The notes under the pieces were generated by a model that ran no database searches, was not told the origin of the DNA, and was given only the letters and a program-made list of their open reading frames with translations. Positions 50,422 through 63,520 of a DNA stretch of 64,000 nucleotides are shown piece by piece (the first letter of the stretch is position 1; each line of letters begins with the position of its first letter). The stretch spans positions 123,942,895-124,006,894 of the forward strand of contig NC_068985.1 of assembly GCF_001194135.2 (NCBI RefSeq), read 5' to 3'. This stretch comes from Octopus bimaculoides. Taxonomy: Eukaryota. Position numbers and translations under genes: made by a program.

Positions 50422-50708
50422 ATGTTTATGCAGATAAATTTGATNNNNNNNNNNNNNNNNNNNNNNNNNNNNNNNNNNNNNNNNNNNNNNNNNNNNNNNN
50501 NNNNNNNNNNNNNNNNNNNNNNNNNNNNNNNNNNNNNNNNNNNNNNNNNNNNNNNNNNNNNNNNNNNNNNNNNNNNNNNNNNNNNNNNNNNNNNNNNNNN
50601 NNNNNNNNNNNNNNNNNNNNNNNNNNNNNNNNNNNNNNNNNNNNNNNNNNNNNNNNNNNNNNNNNNNNNNNNNNNNNNNNNNNNNNNNNNNNNNNNNNNN
50701 NNNNNNNN

Positions 50709-50751
<43 letters not shown>

Positions 50752-51991
50752 ATGTTTGCCTGTATTGTGTGTGTGTATGAGTATATTTATGTTTATGTAT
50801 ATATTTGAAGATAGATAGATAGATATAAACTATTTTGAATATACAGTTTTGCGTGAAAATTAGGAAGTAAATGTTGGAATACTTCTGGAAGAGGGTGCTA
50901 AACGATAGAGAAAAGTGTTTTAATATACTAACCTAACACCGTGTTTTCAAAATAAATTCAGCTGTCATGAGCAAAGACTTAATCACAAGCGTACAGAAAA
51001 CAAACTAACGAGTAATTCCCTATGTGGCCGCTTGATCTGCTAAAAATATCAGCCAAATATTTGTCATATTACACCCTCTGCATTTAAAAAATTGGACGGG
51101 TACGTTAGACAATGTAACCTTGAGTATACTTTGCACAAAAAGGAAAAAAGTGGGATGGTGTCGTGGCTAGAATACCAGTCTTAGTAGGCTTGTTTTTTAA
51201 AAGTGCTGCATGAATAAACAAAAATAATCATTGGTTCATCTGTAGATCGGATATGTGTTTCTTCCGTAACTATTTTACCACTATTTTTGCCGTTTTATTT
51301 GAAACCACGGCTCGACTACCAAAAGCTTTTAGTGTTGGAAGCGTTCAGGTTAGGTGTCCAAACATCAATTCATGTCTTCCTTCCAACTCGAGGGCCAGCA
51401 CAGAATCACAGGCACCGTCCATTCCTCCTTTCTCTGATTAAACCATGAAAAAATATATATAACAACATAGAGGCCATCCTCGTCTATCACGTAAGAGACA
51501 CATGCATATACGAACCCATCCCCAAGTCCAGTTCGTATTACATCGTTTCCCATCGAATTTGGGGGAAATACTTTCTTTACATAGAAGGTATTATGAGCAA
51601 TAGTGAAACAACAAAGGGAATTTTCACACCTTATGTCTTATGTGTCAAACCGATTTCCAACATTTAGTTGCAGACCATCAACTCGGAGGGTTGTCTCGCT
51701 TTGCTCCACTCTCCTGCCATCACCCAACATACAAATTGTCTAGTACTTCACGTCATTAATGAAAACGATGTAATAAAACATTGAAAGATCGATCGTGAAC
51801 GTTACTTTCGGTTAAATAATGTATTCACAGATGACTGGGAGTAGAACATCACAAGTAAGTATTCACAGATTAATGTGAGGAAAACAACACATTACAGAAT
51901 TATTAATGGTGGATATCGATGCAAAATGAGAAAAGGAATGGGTTTTGTTTAAAATTACGGAGAAATCCGCGGACACAGACATACATGCATA

Positions 51992-52044
<53 letters not shown>

Positions 52045-52583
52045 GCACGCACACACATACAACGTGCTAGAAAATAGTGGCAAAATATTGCGGACACAGG
52101 ATATGTATGCACACAAAAAACACACACACATACTTATACTCACACACACACACACAGAGCCACACACACACGCACGCACGCACACACACACATACACACA
52201 CACATACACAAACATACACACACACTCACACACACACACACACACACACACATTAAGGGTTAGAAAATAGTGGCGAAGTATTAACTATTTCAAAATGTTT
52301 CCTGCAATAGTTGAGTGAGATTTTTATCTGGTGTCAAGAACAGATTCAGTAAAATATTCATTATTGGTGGGTGTGGGAGGGGGAAGGAGATACGCGTGGA
52401 AAAATTTAAAAAAATAAAAATGATTATAATAAAAATAGAATAAACACATTGTCTTCTCCCTGAAGAATATTTTGAATGATAAAACGGTGAATAAATAATT
52501 GCTGAAAGTCCACCAGTCGATAAATTGACTGTAAATTGTCAAATAATTTTGGCGGTTATTTAATTATTTATAAACCAGTTACC

Positions 52584-53059
52584 TAATGGTGGACATTCAG
52601 TCATTTTAAAGATCGTAGCTAATTTCGCTGAGGTGGAGGAATAGGTGAAGATAACAAATAGTAGTAGTAGTAGTGGTGGTAGTAGTAGTAGCAGTTGTTG
52701 TTGTTGTTGATGTTGTTGTTTTTGTTGTTGTAGATTTTCTCTCCCAATCCAATTTTATTTCGTCTTCTAGCATGAGCTCATAGGTGACTATAGAAACTGA
52801 GATTTGAAAAATTTGGCGATTTTCTCTGCACAGGATCGTTCAGGATTTTTCAACAATGGTGGCTAGCCTATACTTCCTCGTCTGAAGTTTTTAATACTTT
52901 TTCCTGTCTCGTTCACTGAATTTTCAGCCCAGTTGATAAATCTGTCATTTTCTCTGCCTTTACAATGGTTTCTTAGCCTGAGGAGTGAAAAGACTTTTGA
53001 TGAGAAGAGAGCTGATGTGAAGCTTTCGCCTTGACTCACGGCAGTTTTTTTCTAAAATC
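52584..53059. repeat. Direct repeat of about 460-475 bp, copy 2
   Basis: Differs from copy 1 by a few substitutions and a longer (TAG/TGG) run. Confidence 0.9.
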
Positions 53060-53231
53060 NNNNNNNNNNNNNNNNNNNNNNNNNNNNNNNNNNNNNNNNN
53101 NNNNNNNNNNNNNNNNNNNNNNNNNNNNNNNNNNNNNNNNNNNNNNNNNNNNNNNNNNNTTTACGGCATATGGTGTCAAGAAGTTTTGTCAAATTGAAGA
53201 AGAAAAGGTAATACAGTTCTATATTTAAGAG

Positions 53232-53388
53232 ATGAGGAATTATGTACATTATTTACATTTGACGGATATTTGTCCTCATCTTGTTTGTTGTTCACCCAAC
53301 GTTTCGGCTGATATACCCTCCAGCCTTCATAAGGTGTCTTGGGGAAATTTCGAACCTGAGTTCTCATTCCTAAGGTATTTTCCGATGC

Positions 53389-53453
<65 letters not shown>
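53232..53453 (-). mobile_element. Penelope-type terminal repeat with a decayed hammerhead (53293-53338) and (TAA)n flank
   Basis: Reverse complement of the 62262-62387 unit; core reads CTTATGA rather than CTGANGA and the stem I 3' strand is altered. Confidence 0.7.
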
Positions 53454-53456
<3 letters not shown>

Positions 53457-53719
53457 GTAGTAGGCAAACTTAATGTCATTGGTGCAGACATCCATCACCG
53501 AATTTTTATGGTTAGATTTATACATCATCAGTCAGTTATTTTTGTTGTTTGTAACGTATGCTATATATGTTTCGTTTAGCATTGTACTATATTATATCAA
53601 CTGTTTCCATCATTGTCTATTTTTATGGGAAATTCCAAAGAATATCTACGTTTTTATTTTTACAAATGTTTTCCTGTATAATTTTGTATTGCGTTGTGTG
53701 ATGTAGTGCATTGCAAAAC

Positions 53720-54185
53720 CCCTTGTTGAAAGTGCATTTAGATTCTCCTTTAGAAACGCAGCACAAGATAATAAAGAAATCCAGAGGAAAAAAAAGCATT
53801 AGTCAAGAACAAATATTCTAATAAACTTTTATTGCAAGTCATTGAACAATAGAAGGATAAACATACCACAATAAATACATTAGATACCACATCTTTTAGA
53901 AACACAGAACCTACATATAAGGTGTATCATATGACTGAACTACTCAGTAACTATAGACTAGGCGAACATTATCAAAACTTTATAAAACAGAACACAGAAT
54001 GAATAGATAATACTAAAATCGAAAACCTACTCAACAACTATAGACCAAAAGCAGTTAAATCCACCAACAAACTACTAATGACCAATGTGCTTTATAAATG
54101 GGATTGTGAACAAGAGAGTTATAAACACTAACAATTATTTTGGTCATACTATAAGGATGCACTCCAGCAGACTCCCTATGCATTA
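53720..54185 (+). mobile_element. Penelope-like element ORF remnant ending in a GIY-YIG endonuclease
   Basis: TNVLYKWDCEQESYK / NNYFGHTIRMHSSRLPMH (frameshifted) fits the NVVY..C...YIG.T.R.L..RL..H pattern. Confidence 0.55.
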
Positions 54186-54464
54186 AAAATAAGACCGAGA
54201 AAACAGTTGTGTATTCAGTACAACGTGTGGAAAAGAGAAAAACCGATCAGGATATATACAATGTGTGCGTGTGAGTGCGTGTGTGTGTGTGTGTGTGTGT
54301 GAGACTGTCTGGACCATTAGCAAACTTCATGAATCTAACAGTTATATTGACCACACTATTACGACGCTCTCTCGCTCGGTAACCATCACTACCACTAAAA
54401 AATAAAAAGATAAAAACCATAACTCAGTGATGTATTTGGTGCAACTTAAAGGGTAAGTTCGCCG

Positions 54465-54498
<34 letters not shown>

Positions 54499-55033
54499 NN
54501 NNNNNNNNNNNNNNNNNNNNNNNNNNNNNNNNNNNNNNNNNNNNNNNNNNNNNNNNNNNNNNNNNNNNNNNNNNNNNNNNNNNNNNNNNNNNNNNNNNNN
54601 NNNNNNNNNNNNNNNNNNNNNNNNNNNNNNNNNNNNNNNNNNNNNNNNNNNNNNNNNNNNNNNNNNNNNNNNNNNNNNNNNNNNNNNNNNNNNNNNNNNN
54701 NNNNNNNNNNNNNNNNNNNNNNNNNNNNNNNNNNNNNNNNNNNNNNNNNNNNNNNNNNNNNNNNNNNNNNNNNNNNNNNNNNNNNNNNNNNNNNNNNNNN
54801 NNNNNNNNNNNNNNNNNNNNNNNNNNNNNNNNNNNNNNNNNATATATATATATATATAAATATATATATATGGTATGACGCTAAGAAGCGGTGCATGGTG
54901 CCAGAATTTTCCATTCTAGTCACGTATAACAATTTACTCCAAATCGTTGTTAGAGTATCCACGTTAAGTGGCGTCTGGACGGGTAGTTTATAATGGTATC
55001 GAGTCGTGAGTTAGGTCTTACTCTTATATATAA

Positions 55034-55423
55034 GCGCAGGAGTGCTGTGAAGTTAGAAGCTTGCTTCCCAACCACATGGTCCCAGGCTCAGTCCTATTGT
55101 ATGAAACCTTGGGCAAGTGTCTTCTACAATAGCTTCGGGCCTTGTGAGTGGATTTGGTAGTCGGAAACTGAAAGAAGTCTGTCGTATAAATATATGTGTG
55201 TGTACGTTTGTATGTGTGTATGTATGAGTTTGTCCCATACCACAGCTTGACAGCCGGTGTTGGTGTATTTACATCCCTGTAACTAGCGGATCGGCAAAAG
55301 AGAATGACAGTTTATGTAACAGGTTTGAAAAATATGAGTACTAGGGTAGGTTCATTCGACTTAAAAATCCTTCAGGGCAGTGCCCCAGCATGACCACACT
55401 CTAATGGCTGAAGCAAATAAAGA
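55034..55423 (+). mobile_element. SINE family A, full length
   Basis: gcgcaggagtg head, ccttgggcaagtgtcttctac core, internal TA/TG tract, degraded tail. Confidence 0.85.
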
Positions 55424-55426
55424 TGC

Positions 55427-55472
<46 letters not shown>

Positions 55473-57104
55473 NNNNNNNNNNNNNNNNNNNNNNNNNNNN
55501 NNNNNNNNNNNNNNNNNNNNNNNNNNNNNNNNNNNNNNNNNNNNNNNNNNNNNNNNNNNNNNNNNNNNNNNNNNNNNNNNNNNNNNNNNNNNNNNNNNNN
55601 NNNNNNNNNNNNNNNNNNNNNNNNNNNNNNNNNNNNNNNNNNNNNNNNNNNNNNNNNNNNNNNNNNNNNNNNNNNNNNNNNNNNNNNNNNNNNNNNNNNN
55701 NNNNNNNNNNNNNNNNNNNNNNNNNNNNNNNNNNNNNNNNNNNNNNNNNNNNNTATACACATACATAGATATATATATATACACATATATATACATACAC
55801 AAACGCACGCACGCACACACGCACGCACACACTTCAGTTATTTACATACACGACTTTAAGCGAATTAGTTCATGCCCTTTCCGATTGTATATCTATTTAT
55901 TTATTTATTTATTTATTTATTTCAGTTTCATCCATCTCTTCGTACAAAACTTACAGAAGCTGAAATCTCCATAAATATTAGATAGGAGGTCTAGAAGTTT
56001 TTTCCGTTCAAAATCGTGAGTAGCTCATGAAAGAAGTAGCGTACTCTCTGGGAGCAATTTTAATAGATATTTGATTAATATCTTGAACACAAATGTATAA
56101 ATGCACACAGATTCACACGCACACACACACACACATACACACACACACACACACAATCGTGTGTGTGTTTAGTTGTGTATGTGCACGCACGACTGTGAGC
56201 AAACAGTACACTGTAATGGATATTGAAGTTATAAGTATGCATTATAGTTATATAATCATCGTAATTACTTGGTCAGCTGTGACTAAATTCTATCACCTAA
56301 TTACAACTAATCATCTAAAATAATTTATTACGACTATTAATTCTCATGGTATGTAATCTTTCTTTGTATCCGTGCTACAAAACTATTCCGTTACACCGGA
56401 CTGATTAAACCGACATTTTACAAATTAGATCATGATTCGCTGCCAGTAATTACTCACAAACGCCATCCGCATGGAAAAACAATAGTTAACTTAGTGTTAA
56501 CATATTCAATACAGTGAATATCAAAATGCAAATAAAAGATAATTATACACCCAGGAAATTACAGTATTAGCTCAATGACTAACTTTAATTAGATTTTTAG
56601 AATTACCATTAAAATGTAGAACTTATTCCATATTTGTAACTATTCTTCCGCTCTACATACTCTTCATCACCAGTTTATTTTGCTGTATATTTAGACAGTA
56701 TATTCCATTCTGTTTGACAAACAGCGAACATGTCGCTGTTTCGAGCGACAAAAACGTTGACACCATTTTACAAATAAATGTTTCAGTGAAGTTGAGTGTG
56801 TTTATTCATCCTATTTGCTTCAGTGACTGCTGTTGACGTTCATATTTGAGCTGAAATTTAGCCTAATCCACTAGGGCTATGATTAAAGACGTTTCAGCTG
56901 TGGCCATACTATATTTTCCCCAGATATATCAGGTTGAGTAAAAAGTAAGCAACGTTTTAATCCATGAAGAATTTGTACAGGATTTTTGCAGAGTTTTAAA
57001 TGTTTTAAACATTTTTTGCAATTGTCTGATAATACAGACACAGACTTGGCCAAATGCATCGTTAAATTAACATTGATATTTTTTCACCGTTGTTACAATC
57101 ATCT

Positions 57105-58533
57105 ATCACCATCATCTCCAGGTGCCGGAGAGGCAAGACGAGGGGCCGGTTAAAATGCTAGAGGTTTGGTTTGATCCAGACCTCCAAGTAGAGAAGAATT
57201 GGAGCAAGGTGACGAGCAGAATGATCCACCTAACTTAGACCTGGTCTGAGCGGCAGCTATCCCTGAAAGGAAGGGTGGAGGTCGCAGGAGTGTTTATCGC
57301 TTCTGTGATTACCTACCTCCTAACTGTCGTTTCTTGCCCCCGTTCGTGGCTGATCAAGTTGGAGTGGCTGCTCTCCCTCTTTTTGTGGAGGAGTAGAAGT
57401 CCTCTTGCTACGCGCTGTCTGCTGTCAGCACCCGCTAAAGGGTGGGCTAGGGATGCATTGGTTGTTGATGCGCGGACATGCGCTCAGGCTAAGGCATATG
57501 TAGCTGTACCTGGATGGTTAATAGGTGTGGTCTCCGTTCAAACGTTACATCTTGAGCTTACTAGTTTGAGTGAACTAGGACCTTGGATCAAGTGTAGACC
57601 AAAGTTGGGCGTTTGGCAAGCGGAACGTCATGAGGAACTCAAACTTCTCTCTCGCATGGGCAACGCTAGCGTCGGGGGTTCCACCTCGTCTTTCTATAGA
57701 GGGCTGGTAGAGGCTCAATGTGACGATGTCCTGAGGGAGACTCTAGGCTTCGATGAGGATCAACTAGCCAGTCTGTTCCGAAGGACATTCGGGTCAGGAC
57801 TCTTGGATAACCTCCAGTGATCCTTGTCCTGGTAGTATTAACGAGGAGCCTTACCAGTTCGCGATAAACTCGCAAGCCATGGTGCCCCTTGCACACCCAC
57901 GTGCCCAAGGTGCGAGCAGTACAGGGAAACCGTTCTGCACGCAATTGTGCAATGCCGCAAAATCTCTGAGATGTGGGTTTACGTTGAACATCTGCAGTCA
58001 CGGCTGCGAAGAGTACAACTGTCTTCCGAGTCGATTGCAATGATTGTTCCTCCTGCCTCTTTTAACAAAGAAGGCAAGGCTTGTCTTCTCGCTGTGATCA
58101 CTATAGCGAAAGAAGCGGTATGGAAGAACTGCGTGAAAGGAACCGTGACAGGCACATTCATCTGTAGCCTCGGACTGGTCCATTACCTCATCTACCACCT
58201 TAAGAGGGAAATAATGGTGGAGAGAAAATGCCTGTCACCTTATGTATATGGAAAAAGATGGAAGGCTGTGACGAGTTTGTTGCGAATGAATGAATCCACA
58301 TAGTGCATCCATAAGGTTATGCTAAAGGTTACAGTGGTGGCACGGGTCTTGCGCGGTCGAAGCAAAGCCCGTCCCCCACTTCAACTGTTTGTGTATTTGT
58401 TTTATTTATCATTTGTTTATCATTCGATTGTATAAATTTTTAACTTTTCACCTCTGTGTAAAAACCATACGCACCATCGGCCCTCATTTGTACCGTCCCT
58501 CTATGTTTGGCCCTCTGTGGGCAATAAAGAAAA
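57105..58533 (+). mobile_element. Tx1/L1-clade LINE, 5'-truncated, with a 17-bp TSD
   Basis: KMLEVWF..EKNWSKV..WSERQLSLKGRVEVA; zf-RVT CPRCEQYRETVLHAIVQC; stop at 58303; 3' UTR ending gcaataaagaaaa. TSD cgttgttacaatcatct at 57088-57104 and 58534-58550. Confidence 0.93.
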
Positions 58534-58559
58534 CGTTGTTACAATCATCTTGATTTGAA

Positions 58560-59420
58560 CAGACGTGTTTTTTCTGCAGTGAAGCTAAGCACTTGTTGGT
58601 TTTACCTTGTTGTAGGCTTTCTCTTTTGGGATTGCCTTTTGTTTGCTATTGTTTTTGCGTCTTTTGACTCTCTGCCTGCGTTTGCAGACTTGTGTTTATT
58701 ACTGGTTTTTCCTCTTTTAGGAAGCGAAACTTGTGTTTTATGTGAAGTATGGACAGCTTCATGGAGCAGTCACCTGAACTGGAGAGCGACTTAACGGAAG
58801 CTCAAAACACCGAAAGTGCTTACTCGACCATGGCTAAAAGAGGCAGTTACGCGTCAGCAGCCTAAGTCAACAGCAACGGAGTGAGTGTCAGACAGGACAA
58901 AAACTAAAAAAATACATGGAATTACTACAGAAAGAGGGTCGAATAGGAGATAACCCCCCCACAGAGAAGGTTAGAGAGAGCACCAAGAGGAAAAAATATA
59001 TGGTACTGGACCTTTTCACTGGCAACGAAAAAAATAGAGATGGCACCTAAGGATGCTGTCGAAAAATATCTAAGCCAAATTTGGAATGGGGTGAAAATTT
59101 TTTTAAAAAGCGAAACGTTTTCGGACGATGGAGGTGAGGTTTGCTTCAAAAGACGAAGCTTTAAAACACTCTACCACACCCCTGAAGTCGGCAATACTGG
59201 TACTACTGCCGACTTATCTCGGACGAAGGACATCTAGAATTAAAATTGGGGAAGTCCCTCTTGAAATTGACGAGATGTGATTGATATTAGCAGTAATGTT
59301 GAACTTAAAAGAAGAAAGAAAAATATTGAAAGCATCCAAGACACAACAACAAAATTGATGAGACTATGACCTGGATGTAACAATCCAGGTCACCCCAAGT
59401 GACCTAGGAGAGATCTCAGA
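58560..59420 (+). mobile_element. 5' UTR and decayed ORF1 of a second L1/Tx1-like element
   Basis: MDSFMEQSPE...RGSYASAA*; RFRTMEVRFASKDEALKH..LPTYLGRRTSRIKIGEVPLEIDE, an RRM-like ORF1 pattern; ends at (TG)n. Confidence 0.55.
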
Positions 59421-59699
59421 TAAAATTATGCGTGTGTGTGTGTGTGTGTCAATTTCAGCATGAACAAGCATGAAAAAACGGGAAAAAAACACACCAAAAA
59501 ACAACGCGAGGACATGGAATATGTATAGTGTTATTGGACGCTCAGGAAAGGAAAGAAAAGAAAGAGGATTTAACGTTCAGATCGGAGATCTTCGTCAGAA
59601 ATATAGGAAAAGTCCAAAGGAGGGAAGACAGAGAAAGAAAATTGCCAACGATGCACGCGCGGTCACATATTGGAATGTATATACGTGTATGTAGATGTA

Positions 59700-60926
59700 T
59701 GCGTAAGGTATTAAATGGTATACCTTTTTTGGAGTCACTGCTGCATTTTTTTATAACTCGGTATAATCTTTGTTTCAGAAAATAATAATGGCAGACCCAC
59801 AAGTTGCCCCCAAGAAATGAAGAGGCATGCTGTTATTGTAATTATAAAGGCTGAGCATCGTGATTTAGAAATATCTCAGTTTTTAAAAGTTGCCAGACCT
59901 TTCGTCTACAAAGTTTGTAAGGAGCTAGAGACTGAAGATGGAAACGTATCACCAGTATCAAAGCATAACAATAATTCTAAACACTCTGAAATTATCAGAA
60001 CACCAGAATTTATCCAGCGATTCAACAGACCATTGATTACAATCCCAGAACATCCATAAGGTCAATTGCAAAATATCTCTATGCGTCAGAAGGAACAGTC
60101 AGAAATATTGTCCCCGAAGACATGACATATAAGTCTTATATGATAAGGAAATGTCAATTTGTCAGAAAAAGCAAAAGATAACCACTACATCAAATCTAAA
60201 AGGCTCTTAAACAAACTGAAAAATCCAGCAAAAGAAGATTTGATTTGGTTTTTCTCAAACGAGAAAAACTTTGACGAAGATCCAAAAGTTAACAGAAGAA
60301 ATAACACATTGTTATGTGCAGACCTTTCTGAGGTTCCAAGTGTTATGCATACGAAATTTCCTGCAAATGTCATAGTTTTAGGGGTTGTCAGCAATGAATG
60401 GCATGTGATGCCTCCTTATTTCTCTCCACAAGGCCTAAGAGTTAACTCTGCCGCCTACATTGACGTCCTGGAAATAATTTTTAAGCCCTGGATAGACAGT
60501 GTATGCAATGGAAGGCCATGTGTGCTTCAGTAAGACTCTGCACTATCACACATGGCTCTAGTATCACAAGAATGTATGGCCGAAATTTTCACATTAATTA
60601 ACCCCTAACCTTCCTAATTCCCCAGATCTCAATCCATTGGACTATTACATGTGGAGCGTTGCTGGGAGACAGTCGTCAATGAACACGCCCATAACACCAA
60701 AGATTCTTTGAAAGCTGTCATAGTCAGAGTAATGTCCAAAATGAACCGGGACCAGTTGATTAGATGATTTAGTTTTCATATAGAAGCAGTTGTTGAAGCT
60801 GAAGGTGGCTCGAATAACATTATAGAAAATAAGATTTATTTGAATTCTCATAGCATCTTTCTTATCTGTTATTATATATGGTTTATTTATAAACAAATCT
60901 GTCCTCAAATATCTTACGGCACCCAG
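59700..60926 (+). mobile_element. maT/DD37D (Bmmar1-like) Tc1/mariner transposon, decayed
   Basis: MKRHAVIVIIKAEH..; WFFSNEKNFD..TKFPANVIVLGVVSNEWHVMPP..GLRVNSAAYIDVLE..KPWIDSVCNGRP.VLQ*DS; PNSPDLNPLDYYMWS; right end tcttacggcacccag|TA; left TIR degraded. Confidence 0.9.
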
Positions 60927-61464
60927 TATATAATATATANNNNNNNNNNNNNNNNNNNNNNNNNNNNNNNNNNNNNNNNNNNNNNNNNNNNNNNNNNNNN
61001 NNNNNNNNNNNNNNNNNNNNNNNNNNNNNNNNNNNNNNNNNNNNNNNNNNNNNNNNNNNNNNNNNNNNNNNNNNNNNNNNNNNNNNNNNNNNNNNNNNNN
61101 NNNNNNNNNNNNNNNNNNNNNNNNNNNNNNNNNNNNNNNNNNNNNNNNNNNNNNNNNNNNNNNNNNNNNNNNNNNNNNNNNNNNNNNNNNNNNNNNNNNN
61201 NNNNNNNNNNNNNNNNNNNNGTCTATCTCATAAGATACTAGGAGCAGTTTGAAAGATATTTTTGAGACAAGTTCAAGATGGATTCTAGATGTTAGGACTC
61301 TACTGATTAGCATTGTCCAATGTGAACTTCTTTTCTTAAAGCTGTATGAATTTATTTGAGAAATATTTGTCGGCCTCTTCTAGCAGGCCGAGTTTTCACG
61401 TCGAGGCTTTCTATAGCGAGGTAACACTTCTGAATGACATGGCTGGAAAATTTGAGAGTAAAGG

Positions 61465-61465
61465 A

Positions 61466-61513
<48 letters not shown>

Positions 61514-61545
61514 AATAAAAATGAAAGAAAGAAAGAAATAAGGGA
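61465..61545. repeat. (GAAA)n microsatellite
   Basis: Directly visible. Confidence 0.95.
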
Positions 61546-62261
61546 AGAAATGAATTTGATTGGTGGGAAAGAAGAGGGATGAACGAAAGTAATTAGAAAG
61601 GAATAACGAAAGAATGTGGAAAAGAAATTTTCAAACAAAAATGAAACCAAGCAAGAAATGTAAAATATAAAAGATATGACAATGAGAGCAAAACAATGAA
61701 CGATAGATAAAGGAAAAAACTGAAAGAGATAGAGAGATAAATCTATAGTAGAGAGGAAAAAAACAATGTCAGGTTTCGATTTCTTTAGTGGACAATCGAC
61801 ATTGACAGCTATTGTCCTTGGCAAAACCACGAACGTGCCAACTCTGTATTTTTTACTATATATATCAATATATTTCTTTATTCATTGGTCGCAATTATTG
61901 CACAGCAGCCATGCTTGGCCAGTAACTTGAAGAGTATTGCTCAAATATTTCGAGATAAAGTGCTTTGTTGTATTCATTATTTGAAATCTGTTTTTTTTTA
62001 ATTGATGAGTTTACTTGAGTTATGTCCCTTGTTAAGAGTTACTTCCCCTAAGTACTGCTTATCACAAAACATTTACACCTATTTACACATCAAGAAGTGA
62101 CACGGACACATAAAATTTATGCATGTGTGTGTCTGTGTGTGTGTGTGTGTGAATGTGTGTGTGCGTATGTATGAGAGTGGGCTGTGAAAGTTTACATGCG
62201 TTAATTTCAACTCATCTTATTAATAACTGGATTGTTTATTTCCAGGTAAACTGATATATAA

Positions 62262-62387
62262 CCCAGGTTCGAAATTTCCCCAAGACACCTGACGAAGGCT
62301 GGAGGGTATATCAGCCGAAACGTTGTGTTAACAACAAACAAGATGAGGACGAATATCCGTCAAATGTAAATAATGTAAATAATGTGA
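62262..62387 (+). mobile_element. Penelope-type terminal repeat unit
   Basis: Shared with 53245-53365 (inverted); carries the hammerhead below. Confidence 0.7.
62284..62329 (+). ncRNA. Minimal type I hammerhead ribozyme, intact core
   Basis: GACAC-CTGACGA-a-GGCTG-gagggtatat-CAGCC-GAAA-CG-TT-GTGTT: stem I 5 bp, stem II 5 bp, palindromic AACGTT stem III, GUU cleavage triplet. Confidence 0.75.
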
Positions 62388-62689
62388 TATATAACTCTTT
62401 TAAGAAAACTTCAAAAGAAACTAGTTGCAACTTCTCTTGAAAATGGACACAATTTATCATTGTGGTGTTATCAAGTTCATGCAGAATAAAGGTTTGGCCT
62501 CCAAAGACATTCATGCTGACATGGATTCTACATTAAGGGACTATGCATGTAAATAAGTGTTTTGCTTAAAATTATTGAAACTCAAACACCAGAAACAAAA
62601 CACATCTTGTAATATTCAGTTTGGTGCCGGGATAGCGGAGAGACAGTCTATACATACCAATACCTAACAGTATTTAACTGTGACCCTTT

Positions 62690-63520
62690 TACGTTCAGTC
62701 CTAGTAACGATGATCACTTCAACTGTTATCCGCAGCGAGAAGTTTAGACAGTGTCATATGACAACTTGCTGGGGCTACCTACTGGACCCTAGCAGCGGGA
62801 AATTTAGACAGTGTCACGTGACAACTTGTTGGAGCAGCCTGCTGGAGCCTAGCAACAGGTATAAAAAGGGGAATTTGACATGACAGTCAGTCGGACGCTG
62901 GCACTCGTTGATGCTGCATCGAAGAGGCCAGGGAATAGAAGAAAGAAGACATGCACCCAACACCAGAGNNNNNNNNNNNNNNNNNNNNNNNNNNNNNNNN
63001 NNNNNNNNNNNNNNNNNNNNNNNNNNNNNNNNNNNNNNNNNNNNNNNNNNNNNNNNNNNNNNNNNNNNNNNNNNNNNNNNNNNNNNNNNNNNNNNNNNNN
63101 NNNNNNNNNNNNNNNNNNNNNNNNNNNNNNNNNNNNNNNNNNNNNNGGGGGGGGGGGCGCCACGTCAAAACGGTAGAGGAGTAGGGGCCGAAACCGGACG
63201 TGGTTCCTCCTGATGATGTCTTCAGCTAACTGGATCCTAATCCACCAAGGGAAGGTATGCCAGAAGAAAGTAATTCAACAACGCGAGTTGATGAACCGTA
63301 AGACGTGTGGCCAGAACCTCTTGGAAAATAACCATAGCGAGGGACATTCCACAGTTGAATTAGAACAGTCACAAACAGTGAAAGAAGACATGCGCCCAAC
63401 ACCAGAGCTGAAGACACCTCCGAAAGGGGGTGGCCCCGCCACGTCAAAACGGTAGAGGAGTAGGGGCCGAAACCGGACGTTGTTCCTCCTGATGATGTCT
63501 TCAGCTAACTGGATCCTATA
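62690..63520 (+). mobile_element. GC-rich retroelement-like fragment with internal 60-bp and about 281-bp tandem duplications
   Basis: 62732-62791 matches 62792-62851; 63150-63238 matches 63432-63519; gap in between. Family not identifiable. Confidence 0.4.
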
